From the NCBI GenBank assembly GCA_965178125.1, contig OZ237745.1:682001-746000 (forward strand): DNA of 64,000 bases, given 5' to 3'. The stretch comes from Bilabrum cf. latius (Eukaryota). Below are positions 1 to 12,112 of the stretch, in pieces (position 1 is the stretch's first letter; each line of letters starts with the position of its first letter). The position numbers were made by a program, and so were the translations under genes. The notes below the pieces were generated by a model, which ran no database searches, had not been told where the DNA came from, and saw only the letters and a list, made by a program, of their open reading frames with translations.

Positions 1-1446
1 CAGGTCCAGCCTCTCTCCCCCGGAATAGGTGATGAAAGCGAACAAGTCCACGTAGCACATCTTGCCCCCGTCGAACGTTTGCACGCCATTCGCGATGGAG
101 CCGTAGTCGATCCATGACAGGGACCGGTCCTGGAAGCTCGCACAGTCCGACGCGCCGGAAGCCTCCACCAGGACGCTGTCGGGCTCGGCAGGCAGTCCTT
201 CGGCCCCAGTGAGCACGTCTTGACATTGCTCGTAGGCGATATCTATGCCTTGAGAGGGCCGCCTGATCGTGTAGACGCTGACCTTTCCCTCGCCGTCGCT
301 CTAAAATGCAGTGCACCCGGCCGCCCACGTTCTGTGGAACGTCACGACGGCAAGCTGGCCGGAGCTAGCGCTCGCTGCGAACGCCTCCGACGACGAGACT
401 TCGAGCGTAGATGTGTAGTACTCGTCACTGATGCAAGCCGCCAAGCCGCTTGCGCTTTCAACATTGAAGGGGCCGGTGAAATTTTGGAGCGCGCCGGCGC
501 CTGCCAAAAACTGCACGCTACTGGGGTATTCGTAACCAGACACGCATGCATCGAAGCTGGCAAAGCTCGAGGGGGGTTCCAGCGTGAAGCCAGAGGTGAA
601 GTCGGTCTGATCGACAGAGTCGTCCTGTAGACCAGCCAAGATTGCACCGCAAGCCGACTGGATACCTTCCGCCCCCGTGCCAGGGGCGGCGAAGAAGCGG
701 CGTCCCTCCAACTCATCGTTCCTGGTGAGGGCCAGCGAGAGGCAGAAGTACTCCGTGCTGGGGCCAGTGCTGTTATCGTTAGTAGTTGTCGTGGCCATGG
801 CCGCTCCAAACCAGGAATCGTACGCGAACTCGTCGCCGTCCCTATCGACCGCCTCCCGGTCGATGAACTCGATGTGCGTTGTTGTCAAAGAGTTCAGGAT
901 CGCGATCCGGTCGTTCTGTACGCAGGCGTGCCCCCAGAAATCGCTAAATTTCACTCTATACGATCCGTCGAAACCAGTTTGCGCGTTGTCAGCGGAGAAA
1001 TCGATGCATGCCGAGGGCGACGGCGAGGTCCTCGAAATGATATTACCGAGGTAGGTTTGCTGCTGCCCCGGCCCGCACGCCGCGATTGTCGTGTCCAGAC
1101 TAGCGGATCGTGCAGATGTTATCTCAGAGACGCCAAGTCCGCCCGGTGCCATGGAGAATGCAAGGCAAGTGTAGCCTTGGGAGGGCTTCTGGTTCTTCGC
1201 GAGGACGTAGGCCGCAGAATCTCCTTGTGCGGAAGCGATCAAGTCGAACTCAGCCATATCTGGGAGAAAGTCGTCGTAGTACTTGAATGATGTTGCATCG
1301 AGACACGCTTTACCTCCATGGCCGCCGGCTGACCAGCCGTAAAGGCCAAAATCAGCACCAAGGTCACCATGATCAGGGGACCACCTCAATATGCTATCCG
1401 CGCGAGCACATACGGCGCAAAGTAGAAGTGCCGTGGCGATTATCAT
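1..1446 (-). CDS. Secreted/surface Cys-containing protein of unknown function, runs off the left edge (partial)
   Basis: ATG at 1446 with signal-peptide-like MIIATALLLCAVCARA. The frame continues past TAG at 301-303 with no TAA/TGA to the window edge. Confidence 0.7.
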
Positions 1447-1974
1447 CAGGTTTATCGTTCTGCAGAGGGTGGGAGTCTAAGGTGATTTCAATGGTGCATC
1501 AGGGTCGCACGTGGCGTTTGATTGGCAGCAGAGCGGTCTTTCCCCGAATGCTACACGGCGCTATGCATCACCCAATCGCAAAATATAGACGCAAGTGTCT
1601 TTTTGTGCATAATTTAAGGCTCTCACTCGACTGAAACCGGTTGGTATTGTACACAATGTGAGAAATATATGCTCGATAAACAACGCCTCTGCGGCCACGA
1701 CTTCGAATGTATTGTTCAGTGAGATTTTGTGGTTCCGTTATTAGGTTTACTCGCGCGGCGCCGAATCGGTTTCGGTGCAGATCTAGGTGTACGCAAGATT
1801 AAGCACGCCCGGTGCTAGAAATTAGAGGCTGGGCCTGACACTGCCGTATAATTTGCTCGTTCCGTGCTGTGCCGGGGCAGCACCGCGCAAAAAATGCTGT
1901 CTATGCGCTGTTTGGGCGTGCGACTGGCCCAACACAGCTGCACTGCACTCCGGTTCCGCTAGTCGCCGTCACCT

Positions 1975-2028
1975 CATCCATCCCACTGCAGTCCTCCATC
2001 CCACTGGAGTCATCCATCCCACTGCAAT
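1975..2028 (+). repeat. 18-bp tandem repeat x3
   Basis: catccatcccactgcagt / cctccatcccactggagt / catccatcccactgcaat. Confidence 0.85.
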
Positions 2029-3551
2029 CCCACTTCCCCCTATCACTCTCTTCCCCATCTGCGTCTCCTTACTCGATCTGGTACAGAGGTTCCAGGTGTC
2101 TACAGCGCTAGTGGATTTGGGCGGGGGCCACGTGCTGGCGCAGTTCCGCTGCGCCCGCCGCCTAGTTCCGCGCATGCTCCGCTCGTGGGGTAACCCCGCG
2201 GAGCCGCTCGGAACAAAGGTGCACGTAACCCCGCTGGGACCCCCCGGGGTCGCTTGCGCCCCCGGATAGCCCCATCGCCGCAGGCCCGACCTAGGGCGGC
2301 ATCTGTAGCACTAGTAATACTCTGTACCTGAGCAGGTGGCCCTTCTGGATCCTCCTCCATCCGCCGCATGGACGAGGTCCGATCCAGTCGGCACCACCAG
2401 GCATGGTCGCCCCCGGCTTCAATCGATGGGGATCCACGCAGGTCTCCCACCACACCGACGACTTGAAGTTGCTGTGGGCCCTACGTCCTCGCAGGGTGAT
2501 CCGCAGCCCGGTGCGCCATCGCAGGATTCGCCCCGCTCCTTCCAGACGGATGGGTGGCCAGACTGCCCGCCGCGGCAATCCTCCACATCGCTGTCCGCCT
2601 GAGCCGGGCCCTCCTCTCTGCTGTGCAGGAACCACCAGAAAATGGGCAGTGCATGCAGACCCACCCGCATGCACTCCCCACCTCCGATGTCCTGGGCCGA
2701 GGCGAGCTCTCCACACCTTTGAGGCAAGTCAGTGAGTGCGTAGCTCTTCCGACTCGCGTCTATGTCGACGTGCCCGAGGGTGTCTTTCGACCCCACGGGA
2801 CCCAGCCGACGTGGTGTTTCCTGCCCAACCATCACCGAGCCACCGCTCTGGTGGGGTTATCACCCCCCACCGCGGCCGTGGCTCACGCCGTGGACTCAGC
2901 ATTTACCTTCCTTCGCGGCGACCAGACCCGACTGACTAAGGGTGCCCTACGCACCAGGTGGCACTTACGTCACACCCGGAGCTGACTAGTCCCCTACCGC
3001 GGGGATCATCATCAGCACCGCCAGAGCCCGGCAAGTCTACGTGCGAGCTACCGGGGTGGGCGATGGTAGGGTCGCCCCTTGGCGCGTCACCCACTGAGAG
3101 AGTGGACGCCGCCGTGCATGAGCGACGTGCACGGGCCCAATGGGTTGGTCTGGCCCCCACTAGGGAAGGGCACGGTCCGAGATGCAATGGCACCTCGCGT
3201 CTGCGATGTTGGATCTGGGAGGTGGGCTGAGTGGCACCCTCCCGGTTGCTAGTCGGGGGCTGTTGTTGTGCTGCAATCAACCTGTCGCAAAACAATCATA
3301 GGAAAAAAAGGAATAGAAAGGAAGGCACCCTGAGCTCTTCGGTGGTATACACCTTGATCCTCTGTGGAAGTGAGGTGAACTGCTCGCCGCGCGCCCTACG
3401 TTCCGTTTCGCTGCGTCGGGCCACTCTTCCGTGGCCTAGGTCGCTTGTGAACCCAGTCTAGTCGGCCAGTGCACTAAGGCAAGCCCAAAACGGGCCGGCT
3501 CCGAATCTCCTGCCCCACATCAACAAAAGCAAAGTGCTGCATCTTGAGCAA

Positions 3552-5447
3552 ATGCTGCGGAGAGCATGCCGGTTGCAAGTAAAATCCGAGAATTTTTGTA
3601 GAGGTTTTCAATCCTGCACGCGGGCCCGGCATAAGAGATCTGTTGCTTGCTCTGCGGACCTGAGAGTGTCCAAAGCAGGTTTGCACGTGAGGCACGAAAC
3701 ACTATGCGGGGTATCTACTGATGCGGTATTTCCGGCATGGTGGCTTGCGCTTGAAGACTTCAGTACGAACCAGAGAGATGCCTAGTCGAAATAGAAGCTG
3801 GAGGATATCCGATCATCGGGAGTTGCAGTTGGGGATCGAACTGGAACGATCGAGCAAGTGCGTCTCATGTCCCCGTCTAACCGCCGAAATACAGACATCC
3901 TCGGTGGGATGGATGCGATATACAGCCATGACGAACAGGTTGTAGAAGTTCTGTTCGCTGACGGTAGACAAGCCATCTTCCCGCTTGGCTGGCTCGCAAG
4001 CCACGCGACATCGATAGCGGACCTGAATCAGGCTGCCGAGCACGAAGAGTAGCTCACAAGCGCTCTACATACTAGATGTGATGAAATTGGCCGAGGTTCA
4101 CCGCTGTCTGAGTCTGGTGGCGCGACAGGGAGCAAGTAGTCAGCTCCAACTGAGACTGCACCTTCACATGAAGCCGTGTCTACCGTGCTGCCCCCGCACA
4201 CGAGCGACTACAGTCGTGACGTACGATGGTTGCACGATTCGGTCATTATAGAATCGCGGGCTTAGTTGCAAAGCGCGAAAGGAGGTGGCACCACAAACAC
4301 CCACAGTGGCCGAATCTCTGCAACCCTCGACCGAATCTCGCGATCTCACGGGGCCGCCGTTCCACAGCTGTGGATTGCCAGGGACTGGGGCCGCGACAGG
4401 GAGCAGCAAATAGAGGCCCTTCGATGGCACTCCCTTCGTGACGTGCTGATCCATGAGTCCGCCGCGATGGCCTGGCTGGGTGACGCCAGGACCCTCGGGT
4501 TCTCCCTGATGAGCGGGCTGCCCGACCAGGACGGTGCGGTGGCGGACGCGTGCGAGCTGTTCGGGCCAGTGCGGGAGACAGTTCCATACGGCCGGACCTT
4601 TCAGGTGAAGCACCAGCCATTCGCGTGGAACATGACCTTCAACTCTGCGGGGCTTGACCCGCACACTGACAACCCGTACAGAGATCCCACGCCGTCCATC
4701 CAGCTGCTGCACTGCCGCCAGTCGGCGCGAAAGGGGGGAGAGACCACCCTTGTAGATGGCTTCGCGGCAGCCGAGACTCTTCGGCTCCGCAGCCCGGATG
4801 GATTCGAGCTGCTGTCACAGTACCCTGCTACCTTTGAGTTCGTGAAAGGGGCTGGCTTCAAGCAGGGTGGCATGGACCTGCACGCCAGGGAACAAAATGG
4901 TGCGGGCGGAGAGCAACAGGCGGAAGGTTCCCACGGAGCGGGTAGGGCGGCTCGACTGCTGGGTGAAGCCACAGGGGCTGGCGGGTCTGTCGTAGGCGAG
5001 TGGTGCCGCAGCACCGCCATGCGGGATACTTCCTGTCACTTGTTCGCACGGAAACGACTGATCGAGGCGGAAGCCGACGGGAGGATCACCGGCATCACAT
5101 TCAACTGCCGCACAATGGGGCCACCCGAAGTGCCCAGCCGCCTGCTGGACGACTGGATGCGAGCATATGACTAGTTCAGCTCCATCTGCAATGACCCTGT
5201 CAGGGCGCTGTGCTTCCAGCTGCAGCCTGGATGCATGTACATGGTGGACAACAGGAGGGTGCTGCACGGCAGACTCGCGTTCGAAGGACCCAGCGGAGGA
5301 GGGCCCAACCAGCCTGCTAGTGGGGGATCCAAAGACTCAAATGAGGAAGGGGTAGTAAGGCACGTGGAGGGGTGCTACGGAGACATGGACGCGCTGGCAA
5401 GCCTCCACAGGGTTCTATCAACGCAGTACGGGGATGGGCGCAAGTGA
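3552..5447 (+). CDS. Gamma-butyrobetaine/trimethyllysine dioxygenase-like Fe(II)/2OG enzyme (TauD family)
   Basis: Single frame ATG3552-TGA5447 through 6 TAGs (3783, 3792, 4050, 4137, 4263, 5172). N-terminal FPAWWL and VLFADGRQAIFPLGWL motifs, HxD motif PHTDNPYRDPTPSIQLLHC, TTLVDGF, distal DNRRVLHGR. Confidence 0.85.
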
Positions 5448-5630
5448 GGACCGAACTCCATGTCATGGACCATCTTGGTTGACCAAGGTTGCATTGTCCA
5501 TCCCGAACTGGGAATCCAGCCTGGGACATTTCACGATTCGATGATTGCGTGTACAATTTGGTATTGACGGGTGCCGAATCCGCGACGTACGACAACCACA
5601 GCACACCGCTCTGGGAAAGCGGCATCCACC

Positions 5631-7889
5631 ATGTGCATGCAATATTTTACCTTCAAGTCTTTGTTTGATCTGCCGCGGTCAACGTCCAAGGGAGGGGACT
5701 TGGGGACACACGTGTACCTGACACGTCTCGAAATCTTATGGGTTCTTGCTGCTGCTTATTTCTTGTACAAGCCCAGTGGGCCATCGTCTGTGTGGGTACT
5801 CACAGGTTTTGGTTGGTTTTTCTTCGGCGGGGCTTGGCGTTGGCAGATGTACCCGCTGTCGCTAGCTAGTCTAGCGCTAACGCCAGGCCTCGTACTGGCA
5901 GAAGACTTTTTTGCAGTTGAGCTGGCCGGGCAGGCTCTTTGGCTCGCTGCGGGGATATGCCTGATGCTTACTTTAGTCTTCTGCGCATTTATCCCAGTTG
6001 CACGACTTCCCGAGCCCAGCGGGCCCTTCAAAGAGATCGTTCGTCACAACGCGTTCATGGCAGACGACGAGTCCGGGTGCGTCGCGAGCGTCATGTACCC
6101 CGCAAGAACCCAGTGGAGAGACAGGCAGCGAGCGTCGTACTACCGAAAAACGTACCAGCAAGCGCAGGGCATCGCATGGTACTTGCGGCACCGCATGATG
6201 GGAATCAACGTGGTGCCATCGTTCGCATTCAACTTCAGCGTGCACGCGGGCAGCAACCTGTGGGACGAGCCGTACTGCGCGTAGGACGAGCGAGCCCTCT
6301 TTCGTGTGGGTGCAAAGGACATGTACGACTCGACCACCGCGGGCTCTCGCACCCGAAGGCGCCTCCCGGGAGAGTCACCCGGCCTTCCACTCGTCATCCT
6401 GTCCCACGGGCTGGGTGGGTGCCCCGCCCTATACACGGTCCTGGCGCAGGAACTGGCTAGCGAGGGCTTCATCGTGATCGCCCCAGAGCACCGCGACGGC
6501 TCCTGCTGCTTCACAGCGCTCCCCGTCAAGTTCAAGACGCAGATGTACTACGCGCACGTGGACGACATCGAAGGCGTGAAAGGAAACCCCGATGCCTTCT
6601 ACGCTACTCGGCGGAGCCAGTTGCAGACCAGGGTGGAGGAGGTGCTCATGCTGGTGGACAGCGCCCGCGCCTACTCACTCGAGGGCATGGACGAAGAAGA
6701 GGAGGGCAAGGTACCGAGGGTGCCCGCGGGTATGGCCACCCCGTCCGGGTCGTCCGCACTGACGACTTCGTCGGCGACAGGAGAGAAGGACACGAAGAGG
6801 AAGACGGTGAGCGTCAGAACTCGCACGGGCAAGCACGGCAGGCAGAGCGCCTCTGCCAAGGCGGCCACAGCGGCCAGCGAGGAGCAGCAGTCGGCCAAGG
6901 AGCGACGCAAGGCGGTGGACAAAGTAGTCATGACCACGGAGCTGGCCATGGTCAAAGAGATGCTCAAGCGATTCGTGGACGTGTCTAGGGTTGCCATCGT
7001 GGGCCACAGCTTCGGTGGCGCCACCGCACTGGAGGCAGCCGCCGCCCGGCCCGGCGTCTTCAAGGCCGTGGTGGCCCTTGACACATGGACCAGGCCGCTG
7101 GCGAGAGATACCGTCGAGAAGGGCATCCCGCACACGCCCGTGCTGTCCATCACGTGTCCCCACTTCGAGGAGCCCTTCAACGGCCCGGCCCTTGGGCTGC
7201 TGCTAGACGCCGAGTACAGGGAGAGGCACGCGGGCCAGGGAACAGAGCAGGCCGCGGCAGAGGCGCTGAAGCCGCTCGCGCAGAAGGGCGTGTTCGACCG
7301 CAAGTCGGGCAAGGGTAAGAAGAAGAAGAAAAAGAAGAAGGGAAAGTCGTCCAAGAAGGATAAGAAGGAAGGCGCCGAGGCAGCAGCCGCCCCTGGCGAG
7401 GCAGACGAGGGAGAGGAAGAAGAAGAGGCAAAGGCAGTGGACATGGTCAAGGTTCTCAAGCAGAGGAGGCAGCGATGCAACGGAGTGGTCACCGAGGAGG
7501 GAACAATCGCCCAGGTGGCCCGACTGGACCCCTCCTCTGCCAGGACTGGGGTGCACCCAAAGTCACAGATGCTCACTGTTGAGCCGGCCACGCACCAGAG
7601 CTTTTCCGACGTCGTGTCGCTGGTGGGGCCGCTGATGGCTTCCTAGGGGGTGGGGCCTAAGGGTGCAAACCCGGGGGCGGTGCTCAAGGCGATATCGAGG
7701 AAGACGATCGAGTTCCTGCGGGAGCACCTTGAGCTCCCCACCCCGGCCGCACCGGTTGCCGGCCAGAACGGCTGGACGGAGAGCGAGGTATAGGGCGCCT
7801 TGCGGGAGGTGGACGGGGTATCGTTCCGCAAGTTTAGGGCAGATGATATGCCGGGAGCTCGCGCGAGCGGCGGTGGACCGGGGGAGTGA
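5631..7889 (+). CDS. PAF-acetylhydrolase-like alpha/beta hydrolase with N-terminal transmembrane segments
   Basis: LVILSHGLGG, ELASEGFIVIAPEHRDGS, nucleophile GHSFGG, ALDTW, HQSFSD. Frame continuous through TAGs at 6282, 7644, 7791 to TGA 7887-7889. Confidence 0.85.
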
Positions 7890-8685
7890 TTGTTGCATGT
7901 CTTGCAAGCGAGGGCCAAGGAGCGCCTCTCGGACCCTGCCTAGGGCAGCTGAGTACCGCGGCAGTCGTCCCGTCGAGATCGCCCATGTCTGTCGTTTGAT
8001 GACGGATCTTAAAAATTCTGAATAAAACACTTGTCGTAGCAAGACATGCAGATCAATGCTCGCCAGTTAACAGCCAAAGCTTCTATTGAAGGTTCCACCC
8101 GCCGCCAAGCGGATGGCACCGTCGTGTTATCGTTCCGTGCATTGCTATCCCTTGCAAGGAGCTTTAAAGCACGGAAGTCATTTGAATAGCTCTGCTGCAC
8201 CGACGTTTCAACCTCTGCACGCGCTACTTCGCTGCCCTTAGCCAATCTTGTGACCGCTTGGACTCGACTCAACATCTCCCCCACCACGAGCCACTGCTGT
8301 GGAACCAGAGCTCATCCCTGTAGCTTGCGTTCCAGAGACATCTTGGGCGGGAGCTGGATCTTCGGTCAAACGTTCTGCGTAGATATCGGACCGGGGCGCT
8401 TTCGCTTTCCCAGAAATTGGGCAGGAGTTGAAGTCAACGGGCTGGCTAAGCCCGGACCCCTCCTCGCAACCGCACGCTTCCCTAATCTTAATGACAAGGA
8501 AACGCCCGGCGTTGATCGCAAGTCATACCATTGTTGCTGCTGTTTTGGAATGGGCTGATGGCAGCCGGAAAGAAGCAAGCAGCTGATCGCGGAACCGCAG
8601 ACTGCGCGGCGCCGCCGGGACAATACTTGGGGCGAACCGTTTGAGCGCACGTGTGTCTGTCCAATACAAAAGCCGTAGATTCCAA

Positions 8686-10261
8686 TCAGTGCTCCTGCGT
8701 CCACTGGATGGTGCTCAGGTCGATGCCCTCCTGCACCATCTCGTACAGGGGGCTCATCTCGCGGAGCCTGGTGACGTGCCTCACCACCAAGTCCACGGCC
8801 GCATCCACCTCCTCCTCCGTGGTGAACCTCCCGATCCCGAACCGGATGCTGGTGTGCGCCAGCTCGTCATCCACCCCGAGGGCTCGCAGGACATACGAGG
8901 GCTCGAGCGATGCTGAGGTGCACGCGGACCCGCTCGACACCGCCACTCCCTTGAGTGCCATGAGCAGGGACTCGCCCTCCACGTACGCGAAGGAGAGGTT
9001 CAGGTTCCCCGGGTACCTGTGCTCGGGGTGTCCGTTGAGATACACGTGGTCCACGTCCTTCGTGATGCCCTTGTAGAGCCTCTCACCCAGGTACCGGACC
9101 CACTCCTGGTCCGCCTTCATCTCTTGAGCTGCCACGTCGCACGCCGCTCCCAGCCCGACCACGAGGGGATGCGGCAGTGTCCCGCTCCTGAGCCCCCTCT
9201 CCTGCCCTCCTCCCGACATCTGCGGCTCGATCCTGAGGCGAGGCTTCCTCCTCACGTAGAGGGCGCCCACTCCCTTGGGCCCGTATATCTTGTGCCCCGA
9301 GATGGACATGGCGTCGATGCCCATGGCCTGCACGTCGACGGGCATCTTGCCCACCATCTGCGCGGCGTCGCAGTGGAACTTGACCTTGTTGGCCTTGCAC
9401 AGCTGCCCGATCTCCTGCAGGGGCTGCACGGTCCCGATCTCGTTGTTCACTCCCATGACGCTGACGAGCGAGGTCTCCCCCGGCCGGATGGCCTCCTCGA
9501 GCTCCTCGAGGGAGACTAGGCCGGTCTTGTCCACTCCCAAGTAGGTGACATCAAAGCCCTGAGCCTCCAGCCAGCGGCAGCTGTCCAAGACGCACTTGTG
9601 CTCGGTTTGGGCGGTGATGACGTGCTTCTTCTTGGTCCCGTAGAACTTTGCGATGCCCTTGACCGCGATGTTGTTGCTCTCGGTTGCACCCGACGTGAAG
9701 ATGATCTCGCGAGGGTCTGCGTTGATGAGCGCCGCCACCTGTTCCCTGGCTCTCTCCACGCTTTGCTCAGCCTCCCATCCATACTCGTGGGTTCTCGAGT
9801 GGGGGTTGCCGTACTGCTCGGTCATGTACGGCATCATGGCGTCGAGCACGCGCGGATCCAGAGGCGTGGTCGCTTGCATGTCAAGATACGACGCTCGCCC
9901 CCCCTTGAATTCTCCCTTAATAGAAAATTTGCCTGTGATGGCGGAGCGTCGGTATCGGTCTCTGAGGCTATTTGGGTAATATTTCGAGGAGCTCACAGCA
10001 AGCGATGCCAAGTGCAAGACAAGCAAACTCACCGAGTGGCGTAGCCGCGGACTTGAGGCTGTCAGGAATCTCATTAGAGGCAGCATACCTGGCGTCTTCT
10101 GCCATCTTGTCGAAAGAGGTGCTGGAAACGGGCTTGTTGTCACACATCACAGGGCATCGGTGGATTTGGCGCACGCTTCCAAAGGTAGGTAGAGCTGCAC
10201 GGCGAGAAACTAGCCTTCGCCAAGACAATCTAGCGATTCCGAAACTACGAGCTGCCGCCAT
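8686..10261 (-). CDS. NFS1: Mitochondrial cysteine desulfurase; intron 9933-10032
   Basis: [36 protein letters not shown]-terminal IQWTQEH. Arg-rich presequence in exon 1. GT..AG intron joins TPL-G-KFS. Confidence 0.95.
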
Positions 10262-10604
10262 ACTGCGAATAACAAGTGTTGCAGGAAGAATTGTCGAGCC
10301 AGAAGGTGCTGGATTGCTGATCTTTCTGTGAGTATATCCCGTGGCAAGACCTCTAAATGTAGGCAGTAATTTATCAACGCATTCATAATTGACAATTTTC
10401 TACATTGAATGCTTAACACAGTCCCGAAGGGCCTTCTCACTTGACGAGGCTTGAAAATAGTGAACTGGCACGCGCGCTCCACGTCACCAACTCGTGTGAC
10501 AAGTGCATCCGACAAGTGCATCCGATTCTGGAATGTCATCACCTTGCAAGTTTAAGGGATGGCTAAGGTGCAAAGAGACAATGGGGGCACTACATGGTGC
10601 TCAT

Positions 10605-11974
10605 TCAGCCGAATCGAGGATCTCTCGCGGCTGTCCTTGGGTCGCCTCCGCTGGCCTGCCCTCCATCTGGCTTGCCGTCCCACACCCCCCTCCTGTCACC
10701 CCCACGCCCTCCATCACCGCCCCGTGACTCCCGCCCAGCGAATCGAGGATCCTGCTGAGAATGCCCAGATCCTTGGCTGGCAGCACTTCGTCCGGATGGA
10801 CCCCAGTGCCCTTCACGCCCCTGCCATCCGTCCGATCCCCGGCCCAGCCCGCTGCCCCCTTCCTGCCTGTAACCCGATCTTGGGTCCCCGTACTCACCCG
10901 CTGCCCCTCGACCACCACTAGAAGATGGCATGCTTTGGTGCTGCTGCTACTGTGGCGGGTGCATGTATGCCGCCCCCTGTGAGGCGTACGTCTAGGCCTA
11001 GGGCTAGATCTAGTTCTACCGCCCTTGCCCATGTGAAGAGTGACCGTGTGTCAAGTGGCTCCCAGGACCCAGTAATCCTCCTTGGTGCCCAGTAGGTCGA
11101 CCGCTTCCGGATGAGGAGCTGGTTGCGCTCGGCGTTGGGGTATGGCTGGGCCCACTGTCACGATGCCGAGCACCAGTTGTGTGGTGTTGGTGCTGGGGCT
11201 GGTGGGGACGAGAACGAGGGCGGTAGGAGTGACCGCTTGACGGAGGTGCGCCCAGCAGCTGCAGACCGCCCACGGTTGGGGGTCCGTGGGTAGAGACACC
11301 CTGCGGCCTATCGGGTCCTCTGCCCCTGTCCCATCCGCCTCTGCCCCTGCCCCTGCCTCCACCTCGTGCTGTGCCCCAGTCGGGACCGCGAGAAGCCATG
11401 GGTTGGATTGCAGGTTGCCTAGAGCCTCCCTTAGCTTGCCGATCGCCCCCTACAGGGTGGTGACCCGGCCCAGCCCCATGGCTCGCCGGGATTTGGCCGC
11501 GGGCCCAGTTGGTCCTCGAAGGGTCGCCTCCTCTTGCCCCAGATGGGGGCGCCATGGGATGCAGTATGGTAGGAGGTACCGGCTCCCCCTTTGCTTTAGC
11601 TAGCTCCTATCTCAGCTTATTTGTCGCGTGGAGCCCAGCCCGCAGCACCATCCTCAACCTCTTAATCTCTGCATCTTTGCGCTGGACCTCAAGGTGGGCC
11701 GTGTTGTACAGACAGCTTATGTTCCTCTCAAGAACCTCGACCTTTTCGCGCTCAAGGTCAAGCTACTCTTCAACTACTTTCTTGTCGATCAATAGCTTTC
11801 GAGCATCAGCGAGCTGTGCTTTGAGCTGCGAGCAAGACAACGGATTTTGCAAAGCACTAGAATTTAAAAGTTGGGGTCCCAAGTGCCTTTCATTAAGTTC
11901 CTTCGGATTCTTACATGAATAATATCATCTGATCCGTCGTCATCTAGCACTGAATCGAATAGTCTGCTTGACAT
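10605..11974 (-). CDS. Protein with FLASH/CASP8AP2-like N-terminal coiled coil and Gly/Arg/Gln-rich disordered tail; intron 11826-11914
   Basis: Only visible with TAG=Gln (8 TAGs). LERNISCLYNTAHLEVQRKDAEI resembles the FLASH N-terminal segment as I recall it ([23 protein letters not shown]). RGG tract and RDPRF motifs. Ends TGA. Confidence 0.7.
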
Positions 11975-12112
11975 TTACGAGTAGTCTGGCCTCACTTGCA
12001 GTTCGATTTCTGGCGTCAAATGATTCGCTACAATTACGACATGGACCGGCAATTTAATTGAGAACGGGTCCTGCACCAGGGTTCAGAGGCTAGATTAGCT
12101 GAAATCTATAGT

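Noticed and set aside
7890-8685. Possible small gene between the hydrolase and NFS1
   Set aside because: Only short ORFs with no supportable model.
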